Program-made: the position numbers and the translations under genes
In this document: piece by piece, positions 1-13,031 of the stretch
Numbering within the stretch: position 1 is the stretch's first letter
Layout of the letters: every line of letters begins with the position of its first letter
The notes under the pieces: model-generated
Told to the model about the DNA's origin: nothing
The model's input: the letters and a program-made list of their open reading frames with translations, nothing else
Databases searched by the model: none
Virus record (IMG/VR): IMGVR_UViG_3300016486_001578
Strand: one strand, 5' to 3'
Source of the DNA: a virus
Taxonomy: Duplodnaviria; Caudoviricetes
Length of the DNA: 64,000 nucleotides

Positions 1-352
1 ACTCTGTCGCATAAAACTCTTCTCTACACTTAATGCTTAGATTAACATAGGTATTCATTATTTCTGAATCTCTTTTTGCTTCGGTGTGTCGATCTTTTTC
101 TCCGATATATTTAGATTGTAGCTTTATCTTATGCTCCAATATCTCATAAATATAAGAATGGTCCCAATTTCTATCTTTCCAGATTATAGGAAACCAATTA
201 TATAAGTTCTTGGTTCCTTCTATAAAATCTCTTATTAGATGTCTACCATCAAAGTACCACCATAGTGATATAGATTTTATTTTTTTACTTAGCCAGCTTT
301 TATTATCATTATCTTCTTTCCACTGGTCAAACATGTCTTTTTCTGGCTCCAT
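1..352 (-). CDS. Hypothetical phage protein (runs off window edge)
   Basis: ATG at 352 (minus) opens MEPEKDMFDQWKED...WFPIIWKDRNWDHSYIYEIL..., open to position 1. Confidence 0.6.
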   Translation of the reverse strand, partial: MEPEKDMFDQWKEDNDNKSWLSKKIKSISLWWYFDGRHLIRDFIEGTKNLYNWFPIIWKDRNWDHSYIYEILEHKIKLQSKYIGEKDRHTEAKRDSEIMNTYVNLSIKCREEFYATE

Positions 353-376
353 TATAAGTCTTTATGTTTTATAAAT

Positions 377-1609
377 TTATTTTTCATCTTTTATTTTTAA
401 CCAACCATTATTCTTATCGAATGGTTTAATAGTTCCTCTTTTTACGGAACCTTTGAATGTTTCTTCATCCGGATCACCACACTCACATTTATTTGTATGT
501 CCACAATAGCATAATTTTTCTTGTGAATTATTTTCACTATCACTCCTTAGTTGGAGCCAATCTTTATAAGTAGGTTTGAATTTTTTTAAAAAACTTTTTG
601 CAAATTCCACATTACCTTGACTTTCTTCTAAATTATTTTTTAGAATTTCTTCACAGACTAAAATTCCGGCATCTATGCACTCATCATCAGAATCTTTTGT
701 TAATTTTGAAATTATACTATATTCACAAATTGGATAGTATTTACTATATTTTTCTTTTTTTGTTTGTGGCTCTCTTTCGTATAACCTACTTTCCATTTTA
801 TCATTTATGATTTTTTCTACATCTTTTAGTTCGTCATAAGATAGAGTGCCTTTTAATTTCTCTGTTACTTCATCAATGTTCAAAATTGAGTTATACATAG
901 ATATATTATTTCTCATTCTTTCGCTCTTCACTTCATTGAAATATTTCGTTTGAGCATCCAATGCTAGTTTAATATAAGGAGACTTCAGTAAGTTATCTAC
1001 TACAATTTGTATATTATTACTAAATACTGCCTTTTGCCAATTACCATAATCAGCTAGATCCATATCTGCTCCACTTGCTTTCCTGTGAATAAACCCATCA
1101 TCATTTAATCCATAACCTGTTCCGATTGTGCATAATAAATAATTCCTAACACTTTTTTCATTATCATACAAACCATTATATCTATATTCCTTATTCAAAA
1201 ATATATCAACATAGTTATTAAAGCTCAGATTTTTTTGACTTAGTTTAAGTAATGTATCATTTATTTTAACATCACCTCTTACCGTATTCATGAACCTATT
1301 ATAGCTTATGTGGTCGTCATTTATATGCATTCCCCAAGCGTCATAGATATAATCTTCAATTATATCAGTATCCGGTTCACACATTTCTATTTTATATTTT
1401 GGATTATCTTCACAACTATGATCGTTCTTATCGATAATACCATCATAACCATATGAGACTCTACCCGCATACCATAATGTATTATACATATAACCTAATT
1501 TGGCTAATTGTGGTAAATTCTCTGGTTGTGTTAAATATACCTGGTTATCCTTTATTAAATTAAGAATAACATCTATTACTTCTTTTTCAAATTTTTGTTT
1601 ATATTCCAT
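377..1609 (-). CDS. Hypothetical protein (410 aa) with C-terminal CxC-H...CxC cluster
   Basis: Long ORF; LCYCGHTNKCECGD near the end. Confidence 0.7.
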   Translation of the reverse strand: MEYKQKFEKEVIDVILNLIKDNQVYLTQPENLPQLAKLGYMYNTLWYAGRVSYGYDGIIDKNDHSCEDNPKYKIEMCEPDTDIIEDYIYDAWGMHINDDHISYNRFMNTVRGDVKINDTLLKLSQKNLSFNNYVDIFLNKEYRYNGLYDNEKSVRNYLLCTIGTGYGLNDDGFIHRKASGADMDLADYGNWQKAVFSNNIQIVVDNLLKSPYIKLALDAQTKYFNEVKSERMRNNISMYNSILNIDEVTEKLKGTLSYDELKDVEKIINDKMESRLYEREPQTKKEKYSKYYPICEYSIISKLTKDSDDECIDAGILVCEEILKNNLEESQGNVEFAKSFLKKFKPTYKDWLQLRSDSENNSQEKLCYCGHTNKCECGDPDEETFKGSVKRGTIKPFDKNNGWLKIKDEK

Positions 1610-1963
1610 TTTTTATTTTAAAATTGATTTTAATTTATTATCGAGTATTATTTTTTCCCTTAGGTGCTTATTCTCCCATATTCTATATGCCGAACATGAT
1701 GAATCTCCAACATTCCAACTAAATAAAACTTCAAACTCATGGACATTAATGCCTGATTTGTCTTCATCGGACACTTTGTTCTATTTCCTAATAGGATATA
1801 ATCAAAATTTAATTGATTATCATATAGCATCACACTACTTATTAAATAATTTTTATTCATCTAACAAATATAAGGAAAAATAAACTAAAAAAGAACTTTT
1901 ATATAAAGTGTATTATAATTTAAATGGGCACACAATCATTTCTCTTAGTATTGTGTGCATAAT

Positions 1964-2503
1964 TTATTTTAATTGTATATTTTTTGACCAATATGAAACA
2001 GATTCTCTATATAAATCTTCATCTATTTTTTCTCCTGATCCACCATATTCTAATCCTAGTTGATTACGAAACATCGTTATAGGAGGCATTGGTATCTCAC
2101 TGGTTGAGTTTTGTCCACTCATGTGAACTACTGCGTAATCAAACTCAATATCAACCAAGTTGGGTTCCTCTTTTACCATTTGTTCTTTATCATATAGAAC
2201 ATAAAATACATAATTAGCATCATCCACTTCCCAAGGAACTTCTACCCATCTAAAAAGAACCGGTAATTCTTTTTCATTCCTACTATTATATTCTGTTTGG
2301 ATATATGGGTAAACCCAAGGTTCTAATTTTATAGAAGATGGTTTTAGGTTTATTCGATTTTTTAATATAATTAATTTACAAAATGGTGCGTAACCATCTT
2401 CTAATCTATCAGGTTTATCCAATCCTGATAATTGATCTTCTAGTATTTTTATTTCGTCCTCAGATTTTTTTCCTTTCAAGAAGTCGCTTATAATTATTTT
2501 CAT
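1964..2503 (-). CDS. DUF3228-like protein
   Basis: DGYAPFCK, YNSRNEKELPVLFRW, VLYDKEQ, PMPPITMFRNQLGLEYGGSG match the family as I recall it. Confidence 0.65.
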   Translation of the reverse strand: MKIIISDFLKGKKSEDEIKILEDQLSGLDKPDRLEDGYAPFCKLIILKNRINLKPSSIKLEPWVYPYIQTEYNSRNEKELPVLFRWVEVPWEVDDANYVFYVLYDKEQMVKEEPNLVDIEFDYAVVHMSGQNSTSEIPMPPITMFRNQLGLEYGGSGEKIDEDLYRESVSYWSKNIQLK

Positions 2504-2511
2504 TGTTTTAT

Positions 2512-3237
2512 TTATTTAAGTAAAGTATCTAATTTTTTATTTCTGCGATATGCTTCGAAATTGCCGTCATGGTTTATATAAATATCATAATATTCATCAA
2601 TTGCTTCATCCAATAAGACCATTGTGTATCTTCTTGGTCTGTCTATTTTCCAGTGGAATTTTCGACCATCTAAAAAAGTAATATCACCGGATGAAAGATA
2701 AGAGCACTTATTTCCAAAATCACACATATCTGCTTTTGATTCATTCATAAATAATATCTTAATAGAATAAGAACCTTTTTCGACTTTTTTTATACCACTA
2801 GATATATTTCTTAATAATATTTCATCAAGAGAGTTACTAACTGGGTATAACATACTAGTAAAAGTAAATTTATTGAATATTTTTTTAAACCTGTTTATAT
2901 TTTTTGTTTTTACTTTATATTTTTCCTTATTAAAATCATCAATATTATTTGATAACATTGACATAATATACCTACTTGGTCTACTTGCTGTCCAATTATA
3001 TTTTTTATCATCTGAAAATTCAATATAACCACTCGATAACCAAGCAGAGATTGTACTAGTGTCCCACATTGTAGCCCTTGATCCATCATTAAAAACTATA
3101 TGCATTTCATATGAATCCCTTTCTAGGCTTTTTATACCACTTGATATTGATTTTAATAATATACTATCCAGTATCTTATCAACATCATATAACATAATTG
3201 AAAATGTAAATTTATTGAATATTCTTTTTAGTATCAT
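2512..3237 (-). CDS. Hypothetical protein with internal tandem duplication and C-terminal tag
   Basis: Two copies of IFNKFTF.MLY.V...LD.ILL..ISSGIK...LSSG.I.F.D..K..W...RP.RY.M; ends RRNKKLDTLLK. Confidence 0.7.
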   Translation of the reverse strand: MILKRIFNKFTFSIMLYDVDKILDSILLKSISSGIKSLERDSYEMHIVFNDGSRATMWDTSTISAWLSSGYIEFSDDKKYNWTASRPSRYIMSMLSNNIDDFNKEKYKVKTKNINRFKKIFNKFTFTSMLYPVSNSLDEILLRNISSGIKKVEKGSYSIKILFMNESKADMCDFGNKCSYLSSGDITFLDGRKFHWKIDRPRRYTMVLLDEAIDEYYDIYINHDGNFEAYRRNKKLDTLLK

Positions 3238-3803
3238 TTATTTTTATTTCATAATAGTTAGTTGATTACTCCGCATCCTCTGTATTTTTTTCATTAGATA
3301 ATATCCAATTCATTGTTCCGGATGGAATACCCATACCTACATATGATCCCAATTTATCCATAGCACATGTTATATTATCAGCAATAATGTGTGTTTCTTT
3401 CTCAACACCATTATCAACATATATACATTTATATAATAATTTACCCTTTACTTTAGAAATATCTATCATTTCAATAGATACTACAAAATTAACCCGACCA
3501 GATTTAGTGACGGATTTTATTAATTTATTTTTTCCCATTTTTTTATTATTTGATTGATTATTTTTAATCTCTTATTTTGACTTCCATCTTTAGTTGTCCT
3601 AAAAATATAACTTCCAGTGATTGATTACTATATTTGATATATTCACTTTTTATCGATTCTAAGTATTGTGGTGTTCCCTCAAGTTGGGTTCCTTTGTATT
3701 TATGATCAATAAGATAGTCTACTGCATCATTTCTAGTCATAGTTTTGTTAGTAGCTTTATTACTTTCTTCCATCGTATATATATTATAATTCATAAAATC
3801 GAT

Positions 3804-4223
3804 TCATTTTTTAGTCCTACAATGTGGACCAATACCTATTTCTATACTTTTAGCATCACTTAGTTTACGATTACAACATAAACACCTACCTAAATGGTAT
3901 AATTTAACCTTATCGTTTAGAAAATCAAATTTTTTCTGATTAGCCATTCTCAATACCCAAGAAATAGCAATAGCACTATTTGATTTATTTTCTACTTTAT
4001 CCTTTATTAGACTTCCGTTGTTATAAAACCCTAAATAAGTGAAGGTTAGATAACCAGTCTCAACATACACATGTGTGTATACATTACCATTGAATGGTTT
4101 AGTTTTTATTTTAAATGTGAAATCTTTATTAGTCTCTTTGGATTTAACTGTAAATATAGTTGTTGATTTATCCTTAAGTTCTATTACGTGATTTAATTGT
4201 TCTGAGCTAAATTCTTTTACCAT
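3804..4223 (-). CDS. DUF6011-like phage protein (C-terminal Zn-binding)
   Basis: GRCLCCNRKLSDAKSIEIGIGPHC. Confidence 0.65.
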   Translation of the reverse strand: MVKEFSSEQLNHVIELKDKSTTIFTVKSKETNKDFTFKIKTKPFNGNVYTHVYVETGYLTFTYLGFYNNGSLIKDKVENKSNSAIAISWVLRMANQKKFDFLNDKVKLYHLGRCLCCNRKLSDAKSIEIGIGPHCRTKK

Positions 4224-4278
4224 TTTGTAAATATAAGGAAATTTATTTATTTTACAAAACTATATTCATCATTATAAT

Positions 4279-4800
4279 ATGAAAAAGATTTATAATAGTA
4301 AGTGGTTTCCTAGATTACTCTACAACAAACCCGATGGCGGAAAAGATTCAGGTGTTACTGCCTACTTTTTAATAGAATGGAAAATACTTTTTTCTATTGG
4401 TATATTACACTTCCAAGAGGGAAGTAGAGAAGCTTTTCATAATCATGCTTTCAATGCCATAACATTTTGGTTAAGTGGTGATGTTACCGAATAAAAATTA
4501 AACGGAGATAAAAAAGATTTCAAACCTTCTTTCAAACCAAAGTTTACAAAAAGAGATAATTTTCATAAAGTAATAGCACATAAAAGCACCTACGCAATAA
4601 CATTCAGAGGACCTTGGGAAGATGTTTGGCAAGAATTTAAAAATAACACATATGTATTTTTAACACATGGTAGAAAAGTCATAAGAAATCCAGAAATGTG
4701 TATTGAGGATTATTTGGATATTGTTAGAGAAGAAATAGCCAAAAGAAAAACTAATAATAGGAACAATAAAATAAACAATCTATTAAATGATAGTATCTAA
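4279..4800 (+). pseudogene. Cupin-like protein with in-frame TAA at 4492-4494
   Basis: FHNHAFNAITFWLSG..E before the stop; same frame continues KLNGDKK...FHKV...TFRGPW to TAA at 4800. Confidence 0.6.
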
Positions 4801-5134
4801 AATAGGAACAATAAAATTAATGAATTATGATGTAGTAATATACTATGATGTTTATGGTGAAAAAGATAAAATGGTTTGCTCTTGGAAAAATATTGGAGGG
4901 ATTCAAACAGGTCTTGTTTATTTAAACCACAAGACAGGAAAAATTACAAAATCAAATGGAGAAGATATAATAAGAAATGAAACCGAGTGTGTTCCACATT
5001 TTATAGTTGGTGGTAATAAAGAGATTACGGATGATTTTACGGAAAGAATATTATTATATTTAAACAAAAATTATATCCAAAGAAACACAAAGAAGTTTGT
5101 TAGAGAATTTAAGATAAATAAAATATTAAAGTAA
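4787..5134 (+). CDS. Hypothetical protein with C-terminal tag
   Basis: Ends VREFKINKILK. Confidence 0.6.
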   Translation: MIVSKIGTIKLMNYDVVIYYDVYGEKDKMVCSWKNIGGIQTGLVYLNHKTGKITKSNGEDIIRNETECVPHFIVGGNKEITDDFTERILLYLNKNYIQRNTKKFVREFKINKILK

Positions 5135-5415
5135 TGGAAGAATTAGAGGGATTAAATAAAGAAGAGCTTGATAGATTAGTTGTTATAATAGAAAAATTAG
5201 AAAAGAAAAGCCTAAAAAATCATCAACTTAAAGAGTATATTATCTCGGTTAAAGAAGAATATAAAATTTATAACCGAGATAATAGAATAAAAAATCTACT
5301 TGATTTCGCTTAATTTTTCTACCAATTCATCTATCATCATTTCAAAACTTATGACCATCAGGACCAGTATCTTCCTTATATTTATTAATTTTTATTTTTT
5401 GACCTAATTTATATT

Positions 5416-6153
5416 TCATCTTGTAACTCCCGTAATTTGTAACCACCTATCTCTAACAAAGTAGTAATAATCCCTTGGTTCTAATCCATAGTTGCCTATT
5501 GCCCAGGCATCATTAGCTTCTATTAACATAGTTTCTCCTTTATAACTAACACCAAAATCTAGTGTGTATGCTGAGTGTGTTTTGTTTAAAAAATTTGATC
5601 CTTTTATACAATCATTTATAAATTCTGGATCTGGGAATAATAACGGGTCACCTATATAATGTTTCATACCAATAACTCTACCTCCTCTAATATATAATCT
5701 ATACTCAGAGTCAATATCTATAACTGATTGTAAAAGAAACTCATTACATCCTTCTATAATATTAAACATTTCTTCTTTTGAATAAACAACTTGGCCCGTA
5801 AATGATTTTACAGAATTAGCAGGCTTTATAAAAACTTTTCCGCCTATGTTTATTGAATCATAGATACCACCAATTGATTCTTTATCACCAATTATGGAAT
5901 CTCTTTTCATGAATGATAGTAGCTCTTTATTTTGTATTGATTCCGGAACGTCTAATCCATTTTCTTCTAGATATGATTTACATTCTTCTACTGAGCCTAC
6001 AATAATTTTATATGGATTATAAGGAATTTCAAAAGACTCTTCGAATTCTTTCGTTTCTATTCCTAGTTCTTCTGCTCCCATTTTGGCAATAGCAGCAAAG
6101 TCCCATATTGGGTTTCCCTTTCCATCTGATTGGTAATATAATATTGGTTTCAT
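5416..6153 (-). CDS. ATP-grasp domain protein (DUF4343/R2K type)
   Basis: VFIKP..VKSFTG, EYRLYI, YTLDFGV, LIEANDAWAIGNYG. Confidence 0.8.
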   Translation of the reverse strand: MKPILYYQSDGKGNPIWDFAAIAKMGAEELGIETKEFEESFEIPYNPYKIIVGSVEECKSYLEENGLDVPESIQNKELLSFMKRDSIIGDKESIGGIYDSINIGGKVFIKPANSVKSFTGQVVYSKEEMFNIIEGCNEFLLQSVIDIDSEYRLYIRGGRVIGMKHYIGDPLLFPDPEFINDCIKGSNFLNKTHSAYTLDFGVSYKGETMLIEANDAWAIGNYGLEPRDYYYFVRDRWLQITGVTR

Positions 6154-9100
6154 TTATTTATTTTATTACTCTAAGTTACGAAATTCTTGTTTATCAATAG
6201 TATTTTTTAATGTATTTTTCAAAAAAAATACCAAAATCTTTTACTGTTATTTCCCCCTAGTATAATGTGACCTCTCTATTTCAAACAAAACTCTATCCTC
6301 TTCACCTATTCTGTTTCTAATACTAGTCCATAAAATACTGGCTCTGTGTTGATTTTCGAACCTTCTAGCTAAATCTCCAATATGATTGTTTTTTTATTTG
6401 TATAGAATAGTTTATTTTTGATGATTTCATGCTTCTAATATCACTCGGAAATAAATCAACATAATAATCCCAATCCTTTTTAATTCCAAATGATTTTGAT
6501 GATATAAATACTGAACCCATATTTGTCACTATTGATGGTGAATAGTTATTATCAATTACCACTAATAATATATCCCTTATATCTTCTATGAAATCTTCAT
6601 CAACATCAACCAATCCCTTTGAATAAGTAGTATATTTATCAACAATATCTCTATCTTCTTCTGATAGGGGCGCATTTTCTATGTGGTATTCTGGATTATC
6701 ACCATCACAAACACCCGGTCTTATTATATCATATGATACACCAGTATCAATATCCAATGCTTTATCTATTGATTTCAATTCAACTCCTTTAATAGTAGTT
6801 CCCTTAATGTCAGTATTATAAGAATTTAGGAAAAACTTAGTTTCTATTTGGTCACTTTCGAATATTTTATATCCCTTTAAATAATTCATAATTATATATA
6901 TTAAACTATTTATTTTAAATAAAATATAACTTATAAATAAGTACAAAAGATGGAATATAAACCTATGTGTGGTGATCCGAAATGTTTATGTGGTTGGTGG
7001 TATATAACCGGCAAAATCTGCCCCAATATAATAAATGATATTAAGAAGAAAATGAGAGAAGATTGTATAGATAAAATATTAGATTAATTATCTTTTTAAT
7101 ATTTTATTTAATTTATTTTCTCTCTCCCTTTTTGTTCTATTTTCTTCGCGTATTCTAGCGCCAATTTCTTGGAGTTCCTCAACTCTTTCTGGTGTAAAAG
7201 TTAAAAACTTAACATAGTTTTTTCACCATCTATATGTAAATTCAGAGAATCCCTTACTATCACGATTTTCGAATGTATATTCTTTATCCTTTTGTATTTC
7301 TACTTCCTTATTGGTGAATTTATTTATTATTTTTTTTATCCAATTCATTAATCTAATATTTCTTCTATTTTTTTATCTATTCTATATTCCAACTCCATTT
7401 GGTAAAATTTATTATAGTAATTTGTTGGTGTGTAATCTATACAAGCTCTCAACCAAGAACTATTCATTTTAAATAATGGCACCCATTTTAGTGGTTCATC
7501 ACCATTTACCCCACGACCACCACGGCAAAGAAATCTCCTTATGACCTCATATGGATCATCTTCATATATTGTTATATCAGTAAATTCTTCACCACCTAGT
7601 AGATAAACATCGTACTCATCAGAATGATCAGATATCATTTTTCCATCAGCAGTCATTATCCATCTTGTTAATTCTTTTCTCATTTATTTAATTTATGTTG
7701 TTCTTCACAAGCTATTTGGTGTATACGCATTCTTTTTTGGTAATCACCTTTCAATTCTTTTAGTTTTGAATGTAATTTATTTATTTCTAGAATTTTTCTT
7801 TTCTTTCTGAATTTAGGACTCTCCCAATTCATAGAGAATAAACCCTCTGATTCATATCCACTTAGAATATAATCTTCGTTATATGTTTCCCAATAGTCTT
7901 TGTTGTTCAATTCCTTAACTTCGCTTTGTAACCATCTCAACTCTCTCTTAGTTGATTGGATCAATAAGTCAACCTTTCTTAATTCTATATAAGAAGGTAT
8001 CTTTTTATTGTTTGCTCTTTTTGAGTATTTATCCATCTTATAAAGATAAGGAAATTATTATATAAAACAGAACTTATACTTTTCTATATTGTATAATTGT
8101 TATGAAAACTTATGCAATATGGTACGTTCCTATATGGAGTAGATTTACTAGAAGAAGTGAATATGTTAAAGCATCATCAGCTAGACATGCTGAGATTAAA
8201 TTTTATAGCACAAAGGCATCAGATAATTGTCAAGAGATTTTAATAATAGAACATTGTTAATTGGTATTTTTTTATTAGAAACATTAAACCCATTTGAATG
8301 TCAATTCAATTGATCCTATAAAATATTCACCCATTATAGATTTTGATAGTTTTATTATATCATCCGGTATGTCTTTTCCGCTCATATCCGATCCTTTTGG
8401 CTCTTCCCATATTTCTACCCAATCACTACTAAGATTTGCCGAAATAGCCCGAAATAGTCTAAATTTAGACAATGGATATCCACTAATCATCATATACCTA
8501 ATAAATTGATCTATTTCACCATCATGTATATTTAATAAGCCTTCTACGTCTAGACCAAATGATCGGCCGTTATTCTTAGTTATATAAGTTATAATCTTCT
8601 TTTCATTCGAGAGTGTGTAACCAGGTCCCTGTACTTGTGTAGTACTCTTTAACCCAAAATCACTCAATGGTAATAGTATATCTCTAACTGTTTATATATC
8701 AAACTTAACAGATTCAAATAATTTTATACTTTTTATATACTTCATTTATTATATATTATATTTCATATAACTAAAATTACATTATTTATATGAAATATTA
8801 TGCTTATTTAAAACAAAATGGGGAGGGATGTGGTTATATGATCGGATGCGGTGAGACCTTAATAGAGTTTGAGGCCGGAAATGATGATGAGGCTAGAATA
8901 AAATTATCAGAAATAATAACCGGAAATGACGATGAAGGTGGATATACTGATGAACAAGAACTATCTAGTGCTATCATACTAAAGGATAAAATAGATTTTG
9001 ACCTTGGTTCTGTGTATGATGGATTCAAATCTTCCAAAGAAGAAGAGGGTAAAAAAATGCAACACTTAAAAGATAAAGAAGAGTTCGAAATACTAAAAAA

Positions 9101-9314
9101 GAAATTTGGAGAATAACTTATTTACTCTTTGATTTTACTCTTTGATTTTAGAATTGTATACTTTCTTCTAATATTTGCTAATTCTTTTTTTAGACTTGTG
9201 ATTAAATAAACTGCTTCATAGTTATCACAAAATTCTAATTCTTTTATTATTTCTTTATCTGATTTTGGTTCATACATATAAGTTATATTGAAAATAAAAT
9301 ATATTGTTTAAAAT

Positions 9315-9349
9315 AAAAAAGGCGTAACTGATTAAGTTACGCCTTTTTT
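9315..9349. terminator. Bidirectional intrinsic terminator
   Basis: A6-GGCGTAACT-loop-AGTTACGCC-T6. Confidence 0.85.
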
Positions 9350-9365
9350 AATTTAATTTAATTTA

Positions 9366-9743
9366 TTATTTAGCTTTTTTGGTTGGCTTAATAATAGCTG
9401 GTTTTAAGTTCTCCAATAGAGATAAAATTCCTTGTCCTTCATCAGTTTGTTTTAGGCCTTCAACTAGCCCATTTAATTATGCGGAGTAGTTATCTAAATC
9501 TATATCAAAGTTTGATACAGGCAATTCCCTAACAGCAACTCCAATTTTTGGAAGCCATTTGGGAAAGTCATAATAAACATTCGTTCCCTTTCCTACTCCA
9601 TAAGAAACGGTGTTTTTTCCTCTTTGAACAATATGAACTACGTTAGTAGGAACAATTCTTCTGAGTGATAATATGTAGAGAGTTATTAATAAACCCACTA
9701 CAGATGGTATTACAAATACCAGTGATGATAAAATTTGTTGCAT
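9366..9743 (-). pseudogene. SPFH/flotillin-like gene with large internal deletion
   Basis: TM helix + RRIVPTNVVHIVQ...YY.FPKWLP.IGV.V..LPVSNFDI, then TAA, then an in-frame C-terminal remnant LNGLVEGLKQTDEGQGIL...; central domain missing. Confidence 0.6.
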
Positions 9744-9900
9744 TTTTTATTTTTATTTGAATAAATATGATTTTAGTTGGTTTTAATTATGTAAATAAAT
9801 ATTAGGTGGTTCTCTATTTATTGTTAAAATTTTAATTACTTAAAAATCATTTGTTTGAAGTTTTATATCAAATAAACTTGTTTGTTTAATTTTTTGCATA

Positions 9901-9937
9901 AAAAAAAAGGGGAGAACTCTCGATCTCCCCTTTTTTT
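9901..9937. terminator. Bidirectional intrinsic terminator
   Basis: A8-GGGGAGA-loop-TCTCCCC-T7. Confidence 0.85.
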
Positions 9938-10243
9938 ATTTTATCTAATATCTTACAAATCCAATATTCTTTTTCCTAAGATTAATGGACCACCATCTTT
10001 ATGGCTATATACTTTGAAGCAATTATCCGCCTCAACTATCTTTAGCTCTTTTCCTTTGAGTGTTCTATAATTAGCATTTACATACTCTGTTACTTTGTTA
10101 GTAACTTCTTCTTGTCTCATTTCTTCTGTGCTCATTTCTCCCATTTAATGGGTAATTGCACTTCATTTTATCTTTTTTTAATTTTGAATTACAAATATAC
10201 AAACTAATTTTTAGAAATTAGTCTATTTCTCCATTTATTTTAT

Positions 10244-11521
10244 CTAATTATTAATTATTCTTATCAGAAAGTACTTTTTCTTACCTCTTTGTATTAGGAT
10301 ATAATTGTTATCCAATACATCATTACTGTCTAATTTTCTAACTCCATCGAATTTATTTTTATTTATACTTATAGAGTTTTCTAGAATTGCTCTTCTTACT
10401 TCTGACTTACTTCCTAATATGGATGTTTTCTCAGCTAATAATTCCACCAATTCTACTCCACCATCTAATTCATTTCTGTTTAATTCGAAGGTATCAAAAC
10501 CATCAAATATCTCTAACATATCTCTTTGATCTAATTTGTTTAAGTTCTCACAACTTTTGCTAAAAACTATTGATGAAGATAAGATAGCTTTATCTAATTC
10601 TTCCTGACCATGTACAAATAGTGTTACAGAATCAGCTAATGATTTTTGTAACAATCTTTTGTATGGCTCCTTTTTATGATCACTTATTAATTCATCAATT
10701 TCTTCTTTACTTTTGAATGTAAATATCTTTATGTATTTCTCAGCATCACTATCGGAAGTATTTACCCAAAATTGGTAGAACTTGTAGGGTGATGTTTTTT
10801 CAGAATCTAACCAGATATTACCACTTTCGGTTTTTCCAAATTTTGTACCATCTGATTTTGTTATTAGTGGACAAGTTAAAGCAAAAACTTTACTATCATC
10901 ATTCATTTTTTTGACTAGTTCTGTACCGGTTGTTATGTTACCCCATTGATCACTACCACCCATCTGTAATACACAGTCATGATGTTTATTCAAATGGTAA
11001 AAGTCGTAGCCTTGTATTAATTGGTATGTGAACTCAGTAAAAGACATTCCATTATCAACTAATCTATTCTTAACAGAATCTTTTGACATCATGTAATTTA
11101 CGGTTAATCTCTTACCAACATTTCTAACAAAGTCTATGAAAGAAAAGTTCTTCATCCAATCCAAGTTATTAACCAATAGTGAATTTCCATTATCAAAGTC
11201 TAAGAACTTAGATAGAACCTTTTCAATACCATCAACATTTTTTTTCAAATCTTCCTCACTAATAAGATTTCGTTCATCTGATTTACCTGATGGGTCTCCT
11301 ATCATACCAGTAGCACCACCAATTAAGGCGATTGGTTTGTGTCCAAAATTCTCTAAATGTTTTAATAATATAATAGGAACTAAACTACCTATGTGTAGAC
11401 TATCCGATGTTGGATCAAATCCAATATATGCAGTTGTTGGTTTCAAAAGTTGATCTTCTGTTCCTGGTATAATATCATGTACCAATCCTCTCCATCTTAA
11501 TTCTTCTACTATATTTTTCAT
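10244..11521 (-). CDS. tyrS: Tyrosyl-tRNA synthetase
   Basis: YIGFDPTSDSLHIGS (HIGH), GGATGMIGDPSGK, QMGGSDQWGNI, KFGKT, C-terminal S4-like RGKKKY. Confidence 0.97.
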   Translation of the reverse strand: MKNIVEELRWRGLVHDIIPGTEDQLLKPTTAYIGFDPTSDSLHIGSLVPIILLKHLENFGHKPIALIGGATGMIGDPSGKSDERNLISEEDLKKNVDGIEKVLSKFLDFDNGNSLLVNNLDWMKNFSFIDFVRNVGKRLTVNYMMSKDSVKNRLVDNGMSFTEFTYQLIQGYDFYHLNKHHDCVLQMGGSDQWGNITTGTELVKKMNDDSKVFALTCPLITKSDGTKFGKTESGNIWLDSEKTSPYKFYQFWVNTSDSDAEKYIKIFTFKSKEEIDELISDHKKEPYKRLLQKSLADSVTLFVHGQEELDKAILSSSIVFSKSCENLNKLDQRDMLEIFDGFDTFELNRNELDGGVELVELLAEKTSILGSKSEVRRAILENSISINKNKFDGVRKLDSNDVLDNNYILIQRGKKKYFLIRIINN

Positions 11522-12966
11522 TTTTAATTTTTAAAAGTGGTTATTTAATTCTTTTGATAGTTCTTTTCTTACGTTTTCCCAATTTTTTGATAATCTAATA
11601 TCTTTTTCTTTTGTTCTATTTATACCAAATGTAGCCCTCATCATGAAATGCTTCATAGCATCACATGCATATTCATATTTTTGTATTTCCGTAACTCCTT
11701 CTTGTGAATTCAAAAAGAATAAAAGCATTTGTTCTATTTTATTTAGTTTCATCTTGATGTTTTTTAGTAGGGAAAATCTGACCAATTATCATCTGGCCAA
11801 TATCCTTCATCCGCCTCAAAATATTTATCCATCGGAAAATCTTCATCATGCTCAAAGTCTATTTCCATTGGTGGATCAGATAATATACTTCTTATTTTAT
11901 CGATTAAAAATTTCGTTTCTTCTACGTGGTGTTTTTCTAGTAACTTAAATCTTTCTTCCCAGGATAAATCTTTATTATCTTTAAATTTTTTAACTTTTAT
12001 CCATTTATACGAATTAAGTATTAGTTCTCTTTCTTCTTTACTTATATTAATCATTTATTTATTTATAATTACAAATATAGTTAAATTTATTTAAAATACC
12101 TAAAGAATGATTTGACTTTATTAGAGGCTACTTTGCTTCCATCATATACTACTTGAACATATTCGATGGTTGAGTTATGACCTTTTAAGAATTTTTCTAT
12201 TTTTCTAAAGGCAAGGGTAGAGCATTATATTTTGATAGAGATTCTAGATTAGTTGGACTCGACTTGGGACCAAGGCTATTTATTTGGAATTGATACAACA
12301 CCAACCAATGTCGGTGTTGGTTCTATGTTTATAAAAGATATATTTAGTTACTTTGATATTGATAGATTATATTTACCATCGCACCCGGATCATCCTGTTT
12401 GGAATAAAATAGCCACTAAAACTGAAAAAGAAGGATTTAATGGCTTAACTATATTTTTTATCGATGTTGGTCAACTTAGTTAATTATTTCATCAATTTTA
12501 TTATTTCTTTTATCTTTAATTGTTTTTTCACAAGTATGACAAAATATTGATTTTTCATTTGACCCATTAAATGGAAAGAAAAAAATAACTTTAATTATAT
12601 ACTTGTTTGTGATAGTTGTGAAGAAGCCTTAGCCCAATTTTTTAACTCTGATGTAATCATTTTTTATCTTTTTCCACATACTCATTTTTTGATAGTATGT
12701 CTTTTAGTTTTGGCTTTGGTTTTTTTCGGAGGCTCATTCTATAATTATAATTGGTGTAGAAATTCCATAAATAGTTTGTATCTCTTTCTTCCATAATTAT
12801 TTTTCTAATATTGAATTTATTTTTTTATCTCTTTCCTCGATAGATTTATTTTTTTCACTATCCAATCTTGTTAAAGTAGATGACAAAGAATAAAAATCTT
12901 ACTATTGCTGGGTGCGTTGTTGTTAATTCGTACCTCATTAATTTGCCAACGCTCTAAAAAATAACA

Positions 12967-13031
12967 GTAACTAACACCGTATATAATTAATTGGCGAAAA
13001 GCCAACTAACCATATACCATCCGTTAGGCAC
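12967..13031. repeat. attC-like imperfect palindrome 1
   Basis: AACTAAC...GTTAGGC ends with inner TTGGC-GAAAA-GCCAA hairpin. Confidence 0.45.

Noticed and set aside
4492-4494. Programmed readthrough in the cupin-like gene
   Set aside because: A single GAA-to-TAA change or read error explains it; no recoding signal seen
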